A stretch of 53,493 nucleotides of DNA from an uncultured Bacilli bacterium. Its GTDB lineage: Bacteria > Bacillota_I > Bacilli_A > RF39 > UBA660. The position numbers were made by a program, and so were the translations under genes. The notes under the pieces were generated by a model. The model did no database searches. It was given only the letters and a program-made list of their open reading frames with translations, and had not been told where the DNA came from. This document shows, piece after piece, positions 1 to 10,415 of this stretch. Location of the stretch: NCBI GenBank assembly GCA_944331805.1, contig CALVIS010000003.1, positions 1 to 53,493 of the forward strand, in the 5' to 3' direction. Each line of letters opens with the position of its first letter. The stretch's first letter is position 1.

Positions 1-106
1 AGATATTCCTTTCTAAATTCACTCTCGACACTATTATTATATCACTATCCCTCAAATTCTACAACATAGCGTAAATTAAAAAAAAGTTAACAAATTAATG
101 CTAACT

Positions 107-2044
107 TTACTTACCACAACATTTTTTATATTTCTTACCACTTCCACATGGACAAGAATCATTTCTACCTACTTTTTTCTCTTTAGGCATAGAATTAACT
201 TCATTTTTAGTATAACCATTATAAGTCCACATAGGAATATCATTTCTATATTTATTAATGATATTTGTAATATTATTATACTGATTACTTGTTAAGCTTA
301 AACCATTACTCTTACAAGTGTATATAAAATCATCTTTATTATAAGCATTAGCACATATCATAAAGATTATTGTACCAATACAATAAGACTGTTTAATTTC
401 ATTAACATTAATACTAGTAAAATAACTTTCTAATTCCTGTTTTAAAGCATATATAAACTCTACATTTAAATTAAGTGTTTCATCTAATTTCTTATATTTA
501 CCAAAAGACTTCTTAATAGATAGTATACCTTGATCTACTAACTCAGTTAAATCTCTATCAGTACAATAATAATTATCAAAAACATAAAACTCACTATTAT
601 TAACTACATCATCTAACTCATCAATAGAAAAATCCAAATTATTATTTTTTAAAAGTAATTCTTTTAATACGTTTTTATCTATAACACCATTTATTGCAAT
701 ATAACTTAGTATAATAGGACTATCAGGATTACCTATATTATTTAAGTTTATTACTCCACCCATAGCCTCTTCTAACAGACCTATTACTTCTCTTGGTAAA
801 TAAACTTTTATTTTATTATCTTCTTTATATAAGAAAATTAATCCATTTAATACTCCATTTGTAAGGAAACTATTCATCTCAAACTCTTTAAAGTTATAAC
901 TTAATAGATCAACTACTAAATCATTTTCTTCTAATTCTTTAAGATAAAAATCTTTAAAATAAGTTAATAAAATATCTTCAAGCTCCGCTTTACTATCAAA
1001 AGAATAGTTATCACTTAAATACTCTATTGCATCACTAGATAGTAGGTTTAAAAGACTAGTATAACTGTCATTTTTAGGTTCCTTATCTAAAATAAAGAAA
1101 TCTAAGGCCTTTTCATCTATAGTTTTACCACCATATTCCCAAAATCTTATATTAGGAAAACTTTCATAAAGAATATTACTAATTTCATCAACCTTTTTAT
1201 TATCTAACTTATAATATTCTTTCATTTCATCAAGTATATCAGATACTTCTTTAGGTTTATCCAACACCATTATTGCTAATTCATAAGTAATTGCTAATTT
1301 ACCTGTTATAACTTCACTTATTTCTTCTAAGGCATCTCTAATTTCATCATAGTACTTTGTATAATCATCATAACTTCTTTTGAAATAAATAATATCTTTA
1401 AAGTTTTCTTCATCAATTTCTAAATCACAGTATTTATCTAATAGATAAGTTTCTCCATTTATCTTATAAAATTTAAAATCTTCTTTTAAATTATCTTCTA
1501 GTTCGTTCTTAGTTATTAAATTATAAAAATTATCATCATAAAAACTTAATAATATGCTTTCTTTTACTATTGCAAAATTCATGAATAAAACATGACCTAG
1601 TTTTTTTACTTCTTCTATAAATAATTTTTTCTTATCTTCAAGACCAAACTTTTCTTCATACATTTTTTTAATATCTAAAGGAATAGATACTTCATCATTT
1701 TTACCTAAGAAAGCAAGACCTAGTAGTACATATTGATGCCCAAAACTATCTATTTCCTTATTATTTATCATCTTATCAAATGAAATAACATTAAAAAATG
1801 AAAGCTTATAAAATATTTTATTAAAGTTTTCTTTTATAGCATTATCCAATAGTTTTATTTTTTCACCCTTACTCTTATTCTTTAGTTTGTCATCATCAAG
1901 ATATAAATAAATTAAATCATTTAGTTTATCATCGTCATATTCTTTTAAATAGTTGATTAAATTTCCTTTTGTACTATTAGATATATAATAATCATCTGGA
2001 TAATATTTTTCTAATAGTTCCCTTATTTTATCATAAAACTTCAT
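107..2044 (-). CDS. SEC-C metal-binding motif-containing protein (645 aa) with internally duplicated domain
   Basis: C-terminal [22 protein letters not shown] is a SEC-C motif; the pre-SEC-C segment appears twice ([13 protein letters not shown] and [13 protein letters not shown]); starts 4 nt after the jetD stop. Confidence 0.8.
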   Translation of the reverse strand: MKFYDKIRELLEKYYPDDYYISNSTKGNLINYLKEYDDDKLNDLIYLYLDDDKLKNKSKGEKIKLLDNAIKENFNKIFYKLSFFNVISFDKMINNKEIDSFGHQYVLLGLAFLGKNDEVSIPLDIKKMYEEKFGLEDKKKLFIEEVKKLGHVLFMNFAIVKESILLSFYDDNFYNLITKNELEDNLKEDFKFYKINGETYLLDKYCDLEIDEENFKDIIYFKRSYDDYTKYYDEIRDALEEISEVITGKLAITYELAIMVLDKPKEVSDILDEMKEYYKLDNKKVDEISNILYESFPNIRFWEYGGKTIDEKALDFFILDKEPKNDSYTSLLNLLSSDAIEYLSDNYSFDSKAELEDILLTYFKDFYLKELEENDLVVDLLSYNFKEFEMNSFLTNGVLNGLIFLYKEDNKIKVYLPREVIGLLEEAMGGVINLNNIGNPDSPIILSYIAINGVIDKNVLKELLLKNNNLDFSIDELDDVVNNSEFYVFDNYYCTDRDLTELVDQGILSIKKSFGKYKKLDETLNLNVEFIYALKQELESYFTSINVNEIKQSYCIGTIIFMICANAYNKDDFIYTCKSNGLSLTSNQYNNITNIINKYRNDIPMWTYNGYTKNEVNSMPKEKKVGRNDSCPCGSGKKYKKCCGK

Positions 2045-2048
2045 ATTT

Positions 2049-3278
2049 TTACTTCTCCTTTACTTTAATTTTAATAAATCCTTCTATAGATATCAAGTTA
2101 TTTTCTTGATAACCGCACTTTTTATTTTCTAGTAATAATCTTTTCACATCTTGCAACTCTTTTGACTTTATGAGTTCTAGTTTATGTAATCTGTTATTAC
2201 TTAAAGAAACATTTGGTTTAGTATTTAAATAACTTTTCCCATCATAAAGAAACAATTTAATATTATCATATTTATTATTTAGTTTATCTGCTATTAATAA
2301 TCCTTCGGGATCATAATCTCCATTATAATAAAGAGTTGTATCACTAGTAATATTTTCTAATAATTTATAGAAAGCAAGATTAGGAATACCAGATGTTATT
2401 ATAATAGAAATATCTAAATCTTTATTCTTTAAATAGTTTAAGATAGAAGGATTTTCAAAGATAAATATCTTATTACTCTTGCCAGTTATATTATTTAACT
2501 TAGAAATATTATCAATATTTAGATTTAAAACATCAAAAGGTATTTCTTTATCATAAACTAGGTTATATGTAATAACATAGTTACTAAGAGAATCTATATA
2601 GACATTTATCTTTTCTAATAGTTTAGTCTTATCTAAATTAGTATTAGGTGTATCTTCTCCTAGAATATTACTTAATATTCTATAAAAAAGGTTACTACTC
2701 TTAGCATTATAATCTAAATAATGAGGATTAGAGGTTATTGAAGCATAAATTGGTAAATAAGTTATCTTATCTGGAATATTACTTAATAGTTTATCTATCA
2801 TAAGTAATTCTTCTTTTAAAGCTCTTTTATTTTGTTTATATTTACTTTTTATATTACGCATAGTACTAAAGTTTTTATTTATATTTCTTTCAAAAAAATC
2901 TTTAAGTTTCTCACTTTTAAACTCTAAAAGTAAATCTTCTATAAATGAAACAAACTCTTCATGAAATTTTCTCTTCTTTAAGGTATTAGTAAGATAAGAA
3001 AAATCATCATAGGTATTATAGAAGTAATCAGTAAACTCAAAGTCTTGAAATTTGCTTTTATCAAGTACTTTATTAAATTCACTTATCTTTATTTTATAAG
3101 TCTTACCTTCTTCAAATTTTCTAGCAAAGAAATCTGTTAAACTAACTGCTTCTTCATAAGTTATATTATCAAGAGTAATAATTCCTGTTACCCTACCATA
3201 ACTTTGATACTTCTCTTTAGCTTTTACCATAAACCTTTCAAAACCTTTATTATTCTTAAAATAATCTAAATAATCCAT
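2049..3278 (-). CDS. jetD: Wadjet JetD Toprim-like nuclease (TIGR02679 / DUF3323+DUF2399 family)
   Basis: Toprim motifs FENPS (catalytic Glu) and YNGDYDPEG (DxD); fourth gene of a coupled operon after an SMC-like ATPase. Confidence 0.85.
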   Translation of the reverse strand: MDYLDYFKNNKGFERFMVKAKEKYQSYGRVTGIITLDNITYEEAVSLTDFFARKFEEGKTYKIKISEFNKVLDKSKFQDFEFTDYFYNTYDDFSYLTNTLKKRKFHEEFVSFIEDLLLEFKSEKLKDFFERNINKNFSTMRNIKSKYKQNKRALKEELLMIDKLLSNIPDKITYLPIYASITSNPHYLDYNAKSSNLFYRILSNILGEDTPNTNLDKTKLLEKINVYIDSLSNYVITYNLVYDKEIPFDVLNLNIDNISKLNNITGKSNKIFIFENPSILNYLKNKDLDISIIITSGIPNLAFYKLLENITSDTTLYYNGDYDPEGLLIADKLNNKYDNIKLFLYDGKSYLNTKPNVSLSNNRLHKLELIKSKELQDVKRLLLENKKCGYQENNLISIEGFIKIKVKEK

Positions 3279-6200
3279 CTATTCCACACTTTCTCTAACT
3301 AATCCATTCCAACGATATCTTTTAATACTTACAGTATCTGCTGTTAAAGGTTTAATAAGTTCACATATTGAAATATCTTTTATTTCTTTATAATCACACC
3401 ACAAAGCTTGACTTGTTAAGATATAATCTAAATCAAAACTTGCAAGGATTGCAAACATTTCTTCAATATTAACTTCATCTACACCTGCAAAGGCTTCATC
3501 TAAAGCGATTAATCTAGGAGATGAAGGTGCTGCACTATCTAATTTAGCATAGATACTTGCAAATAAAGGCACATACATAGTCTTTGCTTTCTCTCCTCCA
3601 CTAAAGACAGAAAATATCTTATCAGTTAATTCTCGTTTTTGATTACCATCTTTTTTATAAAAGAGTTTAAAAGTAAACCAATTACGATAATCTAAGATAT
3701 TAAAAATCATTTGGAAGTACGTTATATTATTAGTAAGCATAGACTCTTCTTCTCTTTTTATCTTAGATCTAAAATGCTTAATTAATCTATTAGTATCTTC
3801 AGGCTTTATAAAATTACTTGGCATCATAAATATCTCTACTAAATCTTTAGTATCCATCTCATCAAGAGCCTCTCCACTTTTAGGTTTCCAATCTAAGTAA
3901 AAAGATAAATTACTATTTTGTTGTTTTATTTCCATAATATTATTAATCTTTTTAACCCAATCTCTTGCTTCTATTATTTTCTCTTTAATCTTAGTCCCAA
4001 TAGTTCTAAGTAAAATATCTTCAAACAAATGTCTATCTTGTTCATTAAGATAAATCTTATCTGCTTCATAACTTTCTAATAAAGCATTAGAAAGTTCATA
4101 GATATTTAACTTCTTACCTTGATAACTAGTTAAAACATCTTGTCTTTTCGCATCGTTATATATATTAATAACTCTTGTTCTATCAGATACTTTATCACTA
4201 TAATGATTAATTAAATTATCTCTTTCATTAAATAAAACTACATCTTGAATATTATACTCTAATAATTCCTGACGATATTCATTAAATGAACGATAATAGT
4301 TCATAGTAACATCTTTCAAATCTTTAGTTTTAGCATCATTATTTCTTAAAAAGTTCTTAATAGTTTTAAAGTCTACTTCTAAATCTTTAACAACATAACC
4401 TAAATCTAGTTCTTCTTTTAAAATATTAGATAGTATTTCTAAAAAAATCTCTTCTTCTTTTTTCTGTTCTTCTAAAGACTTAAGTTGTTCTTCTTCACCT
4501 TTAAAGCTCTGTTCTAAAACACCTAATCTCTTTGATAAATTAGCACTCTTAAAAGGATAATCTTCAATAGTCTTTACGATTTTCTCTATTTTTTTACTAA
4601 GTTCAAGATACTCTTTAGTATTAAGAATCTTTAAAATAGTATTAAGTTCTATTTCTCGTTTTTTCTTATCATTAACTAAACTAGATATAGTAGCATACAC
4701 TTCATCATGATTAGTAGTTAAGTCATCTAATCTTTCTTTATTAGTCATTAATAATTCCTTTTTCTGATTTAATTTATCATAAAGAGCATTTAACTCTTTA
4801 GTAGTATCTAAAATATCTCTAATTACAACACTAGCTTTATCATAAGTTACAAGGTTAAGAGGAATATTACTTCGATATTTCTCTAATTCTTTAATAACCT
4901 CTTCAATTTGTTGTTGATACTTTCTAATTTCTTCTTCAAGTTCCTTTTCTTTATTATTAATAAAATCAAGTTCTAAATCTGTTTCTTTAATCTTAGCTGT
5001 AATTTCTTCTAATATTCTATTACTAGGAAATAATTTACTTTCATTATTTAAAGTATTTATAGAAGTATCTAATGTATCTAATTCAAGTTCTTTATTTCTA
5101 ATAACTTCTTTAATAGCATTAATCTTCTCTTTCTCTTCTTTTATAAGTAATTGATGTTCTTCTTTTCTTTTTAAAACTCCTATATATTTACTATTATAAT
5201 CACCTTTAATATTACCTTTAATAAAGTCAAAGTTATAATTATTTTCATTAATACTAATAACATCACTATCACTAGTACTAATAGATTCTAATATTGAAGT
5301 AATAAACTCATTACTAAAAACTTCATTAGGATATGCTTTTAAATATTTAGTCAAGTTATCTTTCTTTTTACTACTTTTCTTAAAGTAAGAAATATTCATA
5401 TTTTCTATCTTTCTTAAGTCTTCATCTCTAAATATCTTAGTATTTAAAATCCCTGATGAATATAGCACTTCTTCTAATTTATTTTTAGTATCATCATCTA
5501 TTCCTTCTTTAAATTCTACTACTTGATAAAGTGCAGCATAAGGAATATTTTCTTTATCTAAATAATCTATTGTCTTTCTAGTTAAATCATCTTCTTCTAG
5601 TTTTATCTCTTCCATTTCTAATAATTCTTTTAATAATAACTCTTCTTTACTTAACTTATCTTTCTCAGTTAAAAGTTCAGTCTTCTTAAAAGATACTTCT
5701 TCTAGTAATTTACTATACTTAATCTTATATATTTCTTCATACTTCTCTTTAGATTTTAAATAACCTTCACTACTATATTCATCTAAATAACTAGCAATTT
5801 CCTTCATATCATCACTTAATAAAATAAGAAATTTATTATTAGTTCTAATATTATTTAATGAAATAAAGAATAGTTCAAGTTCATTATCTAGTTCTTGATA
5901 AAAACCATCTCTTATCTTTTCTTTTTCTAAATAATCTGTTTTTAATTTTTCATATTCATTAGACTTAATATTTTGAGTCTCTAAAAGATTTCCTTTTCTT
6001 ATAAGTAGTTCTTTAGTCTTTTCTATTTCCTCTTTCTTAAAATTTATCTTTTCGATAATATAACTAACTTGAGTTTTCTCTTTTATAAAAGGAATTAAGT
6101 CTTTTAATTCATCAAAACTAATCTCATCTCCTAAATCACTTAAGTTAGTGATTAAATTAGTTATTTCTTTATCAAGGTTAGTAATATCATCTTCATTATC

Positions 6201-7316
6201 GTTTATTAAAGAAGTTATCTCACTCATCTTCTGTTTCAAATTATCAATTACTTCTTCTTCTTTAACAAGTCTTTCTTTAAGTATCTCTAACTCATTATCA
6301 AGTTCTACTTTTCTTTTACTTTTTTCTTCTAAATCAGTATTGTTTAAATGTTCTTTCTCCTCTTTAGCAGTATTAAATTCATCTAATAGTACTACATCTT
6401 CTTCTTTTAGTCTAGCAATCTCTTCTTCTAAACTAGTAATAGCATTAGTTTTCTCAGTAATTTTAACCTTTATATTTTCAAGAGCTTGGTACTCTTTATA
6501 ATAATTAGTCGCTTTAGCAAGTAATACTGCTTCATTATAATTTTTAAAGACTTTAGTAAAGTTAGAAAGAATATCAATGTTATTTTTTAACTCATTAATC
6601 TTTTCTTTAGTAGCATTTAAATTTTCAATAGTATCAGATAAAGGCCTTAAAGTCTCATCTGATAAAGGTGGTAAAACTTCATTTAATACTTCCATTAATT
6701 TAGTAGGCTTATACTCTTTAGATAATTTTGGACTCCTAATTTGTAAGATAATATTGATAAATTCATCAAAAGTTTCTATATTTCTAAATTTAAATAAATT
6801 ATCATTAACTAACTTTTTATATTCTTTAGCAGTTTCTACTAAATTATTAGAAACACCTAAAGCACTTCTTAACTCTAATTTAGTTAAAGGCGTCTTAGTA
6901 AAACCATCTTTTGTTTTATATAAGAAGAAATCTTTTCCTACTCTTCTACCATCTTTTAAGATAAAACCAAAGAAGTCAGTAGGCTTACCCCTTCTCGCTC
7001 TAAGTCCCATACCAATAGTAATATATCTATCTTCTAAATTATTATAAAACTCCATATATAAATAACCAGTAGAATCATCTTTTTCATTATTTTCTCCAAG
7101 TAAATAATATTCTATATGTTTGTCAGTAGAACCAAAAGTATCTAATCTTTTAGGAGATTTATTACCATCTAATATTAAGGGAATAAATGATTGCATAGTA
7201 ACAGACTTTCCTGATCCATTTTGTCCTCTAAGTAAAAGTTTACCATCATAAAAATTAAATACTTCATCATCATATAACCAAAAGTTTATAAGTCCCATTC
7301 TTGTAGGTTTAAACAT
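3279..7316 (-). CDS. jetC: Wadjet JetC SMC-like ATPase (TIGR02680 family)
   Basis: Walker A GQNGSGKS, long coiled coil, signature FSGGE, Walker B IALDEAF; start moved to ATG 7316 behind GGAGGTG. Confidence 0.9.
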   Translation of the reverse strand: MFKPTRMGLINFWLYDDEVFNFYDGKLLLRGQNGSGKSVTMQSFIPLILDGNKSPKRLDTFGSTDKHIEYYLLGENNEKDDSTGYLYMEFYNNLEDRYITIGMGLRARRGKPTDFFGFILKDGRRVGKDFFLYKTKDGFTKTPLTKLELRSALGVSNNLVETAKEYKKLVNDNLFKFRNIETFDEFINIILQIRSPKLSKEYKPTKLMEVLNEVLPPLSDETLRPLSDTIENLNATKEKINELKNNIDILSNFTKVFKNYNEAVLLAKATNYYKEYQALENIKVKITEKTNAITSLEEEIARLKEEDVVLLDEFNTAKEEKEHLNNTDLEEKSKRKVELDNELEILKERLVKEEEVIDNLKQKMSEITSLINDNEDDITNLDKEITNLITNLSDLGDEISFDELKDLIPFIKEKTQVSYIIEKINFKKEEIEKTKELLIRKGNLLETQNIKSNEYEKLKTDYLEKEKIRDGFYQELDNELELFFISLNNIRTNNKFLILLSDDMKEIASYLDEYSSEGYLKSKEKYEEIYKIKYSKLLEEVSFKKTELLTEKDKLSKEELLLKELLEMEEIKLEEDDLTRKTIDYLDKENIPYAALYQVVEFKEGIDDDTKNKLEEVLYSSGILNTKIFRDEDLRKIENMNISYFKKSSKKKDNLTKYLKAYPNEVFSNEFITSILESISTSDSDVISINENNYNFDFIKGNIKGDYNSKYIGVLKRKEEHQLLIKEEKEKINAIKEVIRNKELELDTLDTSINTLNNESKLFPSNRILEEITAKIKETDLELDFINNKEKELEEEIRKYQQQIEEVIKELEKYRSNIPLNLVTYDKASVVIRDILDTTKELNALYDKLNQKKELLMTNKERLDDLTTNHDEVYATISSLVNDKKKREIELNTILKILNTKEYLELSKKIEKIVKTIEDYPFKSANLSKRLGVLEQSFKGEEEQLKSLEEQKKEEEIFLEILSNILKEELDLGYVVKDLEVDFKTIKNFLRNNDAKTKDLKDVTMNYYRSFNEYRQELLEYNIQDVVLFNERDNLINHYSDKVSDRTRVINIYNDAKRQDVLTSYQGKKLNIYELSNALLESYEADKIYLNEQDRHLFEDILLRTIGTKIKEKIIEARDWVKKINNIMEIKQQNSNLSFYLDWKPKSGEALDEMDTKDLVEIFMMPSNFIKPEDTNRLIKHFRSKIKREEESMLTNNITYFQMIFNILDYRNWFTFKLFYKKDGNQKRELTDKIFSVFSGGEKAKTMYVPLFASIYAKLDSAAPSSPRLIALDEAFAGVDEVNIEEMFAILASFDLDYILTSQALWCDYKEIKDISICELIKPLTADTVSIKRYRWNGLVRESVE

Positions 7317-8487
7317 CTTCTTCACCTCCAAATAAATCCATCTGTTTTGTATTATCTTTTATAAGTTTAGCATTAAATCTAGCGATAGTTGGTAATACTA
7401 AATAAGTATTATCCTCTTCTTTTAAGAAAGAATACTCTATCATATAATTTACTACTTCATCAAAGAATTTCTGTAAAGATAAATTAAGATACTGTTTACT
7501 TAAATACTCTTTATTATTAGTCTTAATGTCTTTAATAATCATTTCTAAACTTTCTTTTTTTATTCGTCCTATCTCTTTATCATCAAGAGATATTTCTTTA
7601 TTTTTAATCATTTCATAAAGTTTAGTATTTATCATTAAAACTATATCTGTAATTTTCTTATTATTAGGAAAATTATCTTTAGAATTACTTGTTTCATATT
7701 CATAAAGAAAAGCCATATTCTTTGTAACTTCAATTTCGAAGTTTAAATTAGAAAACTCATTTTCTAAATAACCACGCATCTTCTTAATATAATCAATTTC
7801 TGCTTCTGTTAAGTTATAAGAAAAAACAGCAGGAGTAAATAAAAGATTACGATAAACTTTATATCTTCTAACATCACCTTTTTCTAAAGTTTGATATTTC
7901 CATTCATCATTTAAAAAATCATTAGTATCTTCTATTTCAAAAATATCGTTTGTAAATAATCGCATTACATAGTTAGCAAGACCTGTTACTTCATATAAAG
8001 CTTCAGCATTTTGATCATCTTTAAAGCTTATCTTTTCAGCATCTTTAACCTTTATTACTGATATTTCTGTTAAGAAATCTATTACTCTAACTAAACTTTG
8101 TCTATCACTTCTTAAATTCCAATCTGGTATTGTCTCAAGATTTAAGGTAACCGCGGTATTTTTAACATAATCTATTAGTGATGATAAAACAAAGACTTCA
8201 CCTCTAGTTTTATCTTCTAAAAATAATAGAATTATACACAAAATGACATAGTCTTGTTTTGAATTAAAGTTATCTATTCCTAGATTATCAACTCTACTAC
8301 TAGGAATCTTTTCAAGTTTAACAAATCTATCATGAATAATTAATTTACTACCAAGAGTCTTAGTAACAAAGTCTTTAATAATATTTTGTTTTCTTTTAAC
8401 GTCATAGTATAAGTCAGGATTATCTTCTTTTAAAATCCAAAAGTTAGTTAAAAGTTCTCTTATTTCATTTTCAATTGATTCCATCAT
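7309..8487 (-). CDS. jetB: Wadjet JetB (TIGR02678 / DUF2398 family)
   Basis: Size and position between the jetA-like and SMC genes, overlapping both; LEKIP and RYKVYRNLLFTPAV segments typical of the family; start at 8487 or 8484 after GAAGGGGG. Confidence 0.8.
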   Translation of the reverse strand: MMESIENEIRELLTNFWILKEDNPDLYYDVKRKQNIIKDFVTKTLGSKLIIHDRFVKLEKIPSSRVDNLGIDNFNSKQDYVILCIILLFLEDKTRGEVFVLSSLIDYVKNTAVTLNLETIPDWNLRSDRQSLVRVIDFLTEISVIKVKDAEKISFKDDQNAEALYEVTGLANYVMRLFTNDIFEIEDTNDFLNDEWKYQTLEKGDVRRYKVYRNLLFTPAVFSYNLTEAEIDYIKKMRGYLENEFSNLNFEIEVTKNMAFLYEYETSNSKDNFPNNKKITDIVLMINTKLYEMIKNKEISLDDKEIGRIKKESLEMIIKDIKTNNKEYLSKQYLNLSLQKFFDEVVNYMIEYSFLKEEDNTYLVLPTIARFNAKLIKDNTKQMDLFGGEEDV

Positions 8488-9955
8488 AACCCCCTTCAAA
8501 AATAATACTTAAACTAGGTAAAGTAAATATTCCATCATCACTAATAATTCTACAAGTAGTATTACTATCATTAAAGTTAACTTTATAGTTAAGTCCAAAT
8601 AAAGGTTCTTTAAAATAATTAGTACTATTTCCTGCTTTACTTATTAGATTTAAAAGATATCCTCTTTCTTCTTTAGTTAATCTAACTTCATCTTTTAACT
8701 CTACTACTTTAGTTTGAACGAACTTCTTTAACATTTCTTTTTTTCTAGTTTCTTCTTTCTCATATAACTCTAATATTTCTTTTTTCTTACTAGTTTTATC
8801 TACTATAGTACTATGACGTTTTTCTGCTCTAATTTTTTTATCATTAGGTAATACTGATATTATTGTTGGCTTTACTTCATAAGAATTAACTAAAGAATCA
8901 GTATCTTTTTTACTAATACCTTTAAAGTGTTTAACTCTATAAATTCCAAAGACAGCATTAGATAAATCTCTTACTTCAGTTAGATTAGTTTTTTTATCAA
9001 AAAGTTTACAAATATACTTATACTCTTCTTTACGTTTTATCATATTACCATGAAGTTCTATAAGACTACTAGCACATTTAGTAATTCTACTGATAAGATT
9101 ACTAGTAACTTCTAAAAGTCTATCACCTTCACTCTTTTCTTTAGTATTAACAAACCATTTATAAATACTTCTCCATTTACCCAAATTAACTTGATTAAAT
9201 TTCTGATAATTAAAGTCTAAAGCTATTTTAGGAATACCTCTTTCTGCTTCTTCTAATCTTTTAATAAGATTATCTTGAAAGTTATTATCCATACTCTTTA
9301 AAATTTCTCTTATATCTTCAGCTTGATTTAAGTACCCTGTTATAAAATCTTTTAAGTACTGAATCATTTTATTTTTATATTCTAGAAAGACTGTACTTTG
9401 TAAAAGTTCTTCAGTTTTTGACTCTTGAAACTTCTTTAAAAAGTCTTGATAGTTTCTATTAATATCACTAAATTCATTAGTAATTCTCTCCCAAGTATCA
9501 AGTAATTCTTCGTTAGATAGAGAATCTAATTTTTTTATCTTTTTTAATAAGTCTCTTAATACTTCAAATCTTTTAGGAGATAAAGATGCAACCTTTACTT
9601 CCATTTCTTCAAGTTCAATAGTCATACGTTCTATAGCGATAGCATAATCTGTTAATTGATATCTATATTTTTTATATTTAAAGTCGGCAAGCGAGTTAAT
9701 ATTATTAACATCTTGAACAGTAGTTAAACTTAAATTATCTACTAAAAACTCTAAATCTCGTTCTAGATCTTCCATAGTATAGTTATCTATTTTATCCTTT
9801 AATTCATCATAGATATCTTCTTTAAAAAGCCAATTCTCTGCTTCTTCATATTTATGATAAAAAAAACGCATAATAGGTCTATAACGATAAGTATTTTCTT
9901 GTGATAAATATTTAGTCTCCGTAATAGCTTTTTGTAGTACTTCAAAATTATCCAT
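8471..9955 (-). CDS. jetA: Wadjet JetA kleisin-like subunit (TIGR02677 / DUF2397 family)
   Basis: N-terminal YLSQENTYRYRPIMRFF and YRYQLTDYAIAIER segments; first gene of the operon; ATG 9955 preceded by AAAGGAGA. Confidence 0.8.
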   Translation of the reverse strand: MDNFEVLQKAITETKYLSQENTYRYRPIMRFFYHKYEEAENWLFKEDIYDELKDKIDNYTMEDLERDLEFLVDNLSLTTVQDVNNINSLADFKYKKYRYQLTDYAIAIERMTIELEEMEVKVASLSPKRFEVLRDLLKKIKKLDSLSNEELLDTWERITNEFSDINRNYQDFLKKFQESKTEELLQSTVFLEYKNKMIQYLKDFITGYLNQAEDIREILKSMDNNFQDNLIKRLEEAERGIPKIALDFNYQKFNQVNLGKWRSIYKWFVNTKEKSEGDRLLEVTSNLISRITKCASSLIELHGNMIKRKEEYKYICKLFDKKTNLTEVRDLSNAVFGIYRVKHFKGISKKDTDSLVNSYEVKPTIISVLPNDKKIRAEKRHSTIVDKTSKKKEILELYEKEETRKKEMLKKFVQTKVVELKDEVRLTKEERGYLLNLISKAGNSTNYFKEPLFGLNYKVNFNDSNTTCRIISDDGIFTLPSLSIIFEGGYDGIN

Positions 9956-10036
9956 ATACTTCTCCTTTATGGCTATTATTCTATCATATGTTCTAGTTAA
10001 TGTATAGTTATTTTTTTGCATTTTCCAAATGTTACC

Positions 10037-10071
10037 AAAAAAGAAAGAAATCTATCAAAGATAGACTTCTT
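10037..10071 (-). terminator. Rho-independent terminator upstream of jetA
   Basis: Minus-strand hairpin AAGAAGTCTATC-TTT-GATAGATTTCTT followed by a T-rich tail. Confidence 0.6.
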
Positions 10072-10266
10072 AAAGTAATTATTATTGCTATAATACTTGT
10101 GATAATTCATCTTGTATAGCATGTTTATTACATAATTGAACACTTAAGTCTAAAATCAGCTCTTTATAAGATTACTGACTATTATTCATATCTTCCTTTT
10201 TTATAGCATTAAAAATATTATTATACATTTTTTCTATTCTTTATTATTATATTTACTGATATTGTC

Positions 10267-10296
10267 AAAAAAATTACTCTAGAAAGTAATTTTTTT
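10267..10296 (-). terminator. Terminator-like hairpin downstream of gmrSD
   Basis: AAAAAAATTACT-CTAGAA-AGTAATTTTTTT inverted repeat with A/T tracts on both sides. Confidence 0.55.
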
Positions 10297-10415
10297 GGTT
10301 TTTTCTTAATTTATTACTGCAGTACCTTCTTATATATTTTAAAGTTTATTATTTTTAATTAAAACAGTTTCTATTAAGACGTCTAAAGTATTACTCGCAT
10401 CGTTATTATTAATTA

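Noticed and set aside
10088-10228. Interrupted frame MYNNIFNAIKKEDMNNSQ*SYKELILDLSVQLCNKHAIQDELSQVL before a terminator
   Set aside because: Could be a decayed gene tail, but there is no convincing RBS or recognisable homology
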